DNA of 64,000 nucleotides, taken from assembly GCF_001186125.1 (NCBI RefSeq), contig NW_014040504.1, forward strand, positions 58,864 through 122,863. The letters run 5' to 3'. How positions within the stretch are numbered: the first letter of the stretch is position 1; each line of letters begins with the position of its first letter. Source of the stretch: Sphaeroforma arctica JP610 (taxonomy: Eukaryota). Shown here piece after piece: positions 61,001 to 64,000 of this stretch. Made by a program: the position numbers and the translations under genes. Below the pieces are notes generated by a model that worked only from the letters and a program-made list of their open reading frames with translations, had not been told where the DNA came from and ran no database searches.

Positions 61001-64000
61001 CTGTGCTACGGCTGGTCCATAGTTAATATCAGGTATATATGTATGTCTGTGCCAAGGCTGTTTTATAGTTAATATCAGGTATATATACATATCTATGCCA
61101 AGGCTGTTTCATAACTAATATCAGGTATGCACGTTTTTCCGTACGTGTCAATGGGTATGGATAAGAGTGCATACATGTTAATAAGTGTCCTCGAGCTTTT
61201 GGTGTCCTGGCCCCGGTAGAGTGGTCGTCGAAGTAGACCCCGGTATCAGGCACGGTCCCAATTTACACTAACAGGTGCACAAAACGGGACAACTAATGAA
61301 TACGCAAAAGGGACGCCATAGTACATACCGTCCGCCGCATAGACTGGCGTCCCTTTTGTCCAAACCTATCGGTGAGATACACAAACGGGGCAAGCTGTAC
61401 CTTCATGGCACAGGGACCCGCAACCCAAAGCTACAACCCTCCGTGTTATAATCCTCTTTTCTAGCTTACTCACTCCAGCAATCAGTATGCATGGAACGGC
61501 AATCAGAACGGATTTCAGAAAAACGTTGCGATCCAGGAACGTTCTCTAAGTATATCTCATATGTTTAATCGAGTCTTTCTCCATTTGCGTTAACAGATGT
61601 GTGAACGACACAGTCAGCTTCTGCTTAACGGGGTTTTGCAACGATGGGTTTTATCAGGACAATTCTGTGGCCCAGCTGACCATTGGACAGGCCGGAGTGG
61701 GACGGGGAATCGAACAAGTTGGAATTGTATGTGTAGATATAGATTTGTACCAATATTGTGCACCTGTGCTCTAAAAGACACTTAAAACCCTGAACCCTAA
61801 ATAGCGCTATGCCCTGACACTCACCGCACTTACCGGTTGGTGGTGTTGATTATTCATCCCCTGGGTCCTTTCTATCTAACCCCTCTCGTCTATACATACC
61901 CTGCACCCTCGCAGTACACCCACTGTATCTATCTACCTATCTCCCGTGCTTGTCTGCTCTACACCATGAACCATCTCCGGAAACTCACTGCATCTATCTA
62001 TCTACAGTGCATCGACTGTCCCGATCAACCCGGGTGCAGGCCTGGCAACACCAAGTGCAATGACCTGACAGCCGGAGCCACACAGACACTCCTCTGCGCC
62101 ACGGGCGAGTGCGAGAAAGACCTCGGCTACTACAACAACGAAACAAGCTGCGCTGGCGGTAGGTGGTACATGGGGTGTGAGGTAGAGCAGGGTACACGTG
62201 GGATGGGCATGTGTGTGGATGTAGTGGGATAGAGGAGATGATCAGAGGGTGAGTGTATGTAGTTGATGGGTGAGTGTATGTATGTAGTGTGATAAACGTG
62301 TGTATGTAGGTAGTGTGTATTAGTCATACGAGAATGATGAGATGAGGTGTGGGTTTAAGGTCTAGGGCTTTGTTCTTGGGTGCAGTATTCGTATTGGAGT
62401 TGGATGTACGTGGTCGATTTTGTGTGCTGTGGGGTTCAGCCAGGTGAGAAAAGTCTGCTTGTTGAATGGAATGAGGGATGGGTTGGTGTCCAATATATAT
62501 ATATATATAATGTGCGTCGGGGTTCTGGGCTATGCAACAATGTGCTCGATTTATACATGTCTTAGCTCATACCAGCATAGTTACAGTACAGCATCGAAGC
62601 CCCATGCTAATCTACAATGGCGTACACCCAGGCTTCATCCGTGCAGACCCAAATGGAGTGTGTGTGTATCTCCCCGTGCATATCCTGCATTGCTACCATT
62701 CTCACACCAGAGGCGTACATAGTCAATAGTAGTACAGAACGGCACGCATGGTCTGTAGGTATTGCGCATGTGCCTGAACTCAGCCCGCCTAAACGTTTTG
62801 AATTCCTCTACAGACTATTCGGCGTGTAAGTTGGCGGATATGACGTATGAGCTGTGCTTCCCCGAAGAAGATTACGATGACGAATTTGAGTACTACTTCT
62901 TGCAAGAATTGGCGGATTTCGGCGCCCTAGTCGGCGTTCCGGTAAGTTCTTAGCACACCTTTTCAACACACATATATATAATACTTAACCATATATATAT
63001 ATATATATACATATACACATATATATGTATATGTATCTGTATATATACATATATATATATATCGTTAACATGTTGAGATATGTATCGAATCTCTACTCTA
63101 TTTGTATGTAGGGGGTCCAACCGTATGAGTATCCTTGGCCCTTCTATGTACTTGGCATCAGAACCAACGAGACCTCCGGCAATGTCTTGGTGGATGTGAA
63201 CTTCACAACCGACGCAGCAGCCTCGTCAATGATTACCAATACATTGGTAAGTCTCCCACATGCATGTATAAACGTGTTTGGATGTTTGTGTTACGTATGG
63301 ACTGATCCGGCATCACTCAGCCCTTAGCGTTGCATGTTGTCCTTATCTTATAGTCCGTCCGTATATCTACATCTATCGATGCGAGTGTTGTTTTATGAGT
63401 ACGTACTTACTAAGTACGATAGTTCCTTCAACGACTGCCTTTGTATAGGCGTGGAATTAGCACAAAGTCTCATAAGTGACCGGTATGAAGACCCTCTCGG
63501 GTGACCTATTGGCTTCGTACGGAATGTTCAGTTGTGCTTCTTTGGCGTATGGTCACTCTTATGTGATTCCATGCAGGTGACTGACTAAGGGCAGTTTAGG
63601 GTTTATCGTTCTGTTTTTTGATATGTTTGCATGTCTCAGGAAGCCTCTGGGGGTTTAGTTGTTGCATGCTTTTACCCCGATGATTTATCTCTCCAATCTT
63701 CTTCTCCATCATACAAAGGTCACATAGTTTCGAATACTAACCACACCCATTCGTTCCTAAACCCAAACCCCAAACCATACCCAAATTTCTCTGCCAGGCG
63801 GCGGCTTTGGGCGATGCAAACGTAAACGGAAACATCCGCGCACAGACGGATCAGTTGGCCGAGCTAGGAGTGCAGTGTGTAGTGCGTCTGTTAAACGCCA
63901 ACTCCACACTTCTAACCGGACAGTCCAACTACCAGGGGCGCGAAATCCAGTCCCGTCCTATTTGTCTGCGTATGTTATTGGGTTTTAGGGGTTTGTAACC
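55046..64000 (+). CDS. Large secreted cysteine-rich protein B, paralogue of protein A; runs off the window
   Basis: Exon 1 (55046-55102) is MKLRSILFGAGLTALVNAQ followed by GTATG. Further exons: ~55337 (FPVFTTDAQ), 55670, 55900, 56420 (CPAGEFYDEINDRCGSC), 57140, 57544, 57842, 58532, 58870, 59470, 60390 (RPYGFYERRLCFNCDPIANC), 60802, 61597, 62008, 62814 (DYSACKLA), 63112 (YVLGIRTNETSGNVLVD) and 63798. Confidence 0.85.
60933..61130 (+). repeat. Tandem repeat, ~46-bp unit, 4-5 copies, each recreating a 5' splice site
   Basis: AATACCAG|GTATGTATGTATGTCTGTGCCAAGACTGCGTCATAGTT followed by ACACCGGGTGTG and three AATATCAGGTAT variants. Confidence 0.85.

Noticed and set aside
63449..63576. Apparent exon with in-frame TAG and TAA, suggesting stop-codon reassignment or pseudogenisation of protein B
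   Set aside because: The phase-0 donor at 63246 joins cleanly to the phase-0 exon at 63798 (NTL|AAALGD, matching NTILQRAVAE in the paralogue), so this segment is intronic. NAP1 also uses TAA as a normal stop.

Overview
Eukaryotic genomic DNA: GT-AG introns, long (TA)n/(CA)n tracts and two N-gaps. The organism is not identifiable from the sequence; a unicellular opisthokont is a guess from gene style. 1.6-10.1 kb is a nest of decayed LTR retrotransposons. The main element is a minus-strand Ty3/Gypsy-type pol (protease, RT, RNase H, HHCC integrase zinc finger) that carries a DIRS-type DNA N6-adenine methyltransferase domain (NPPW motif) between RNase H and integrase. A solo LTR inserted into RNase H hides this continuity, and it is the most unusual signal in the window. 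16.8-27.7 kb holds a head-to-head pair of armadillo-repeat paralogues, one with about 9-10 introns and one intronless. 29.7-32.9 kb is a two-exon nucleosome assembly protein gene (NAP1 family, ending CKQQ). 37.8-64 kb holds a second head-to-head pair: large multi-exon, signal-peptide-bearing Cys-rich proteins with CxxC repeats and SEA-like modules; the minus-strand member also has TNFR-like repeats. Their introns repeatedly contain telomere-like TTTAGGG/TTAGGG words and tandem duplications spanning splice sites. Most of the ORF track is spurious. Exon models were assembled by eye and domain calls come from motif recognition, not database searches.
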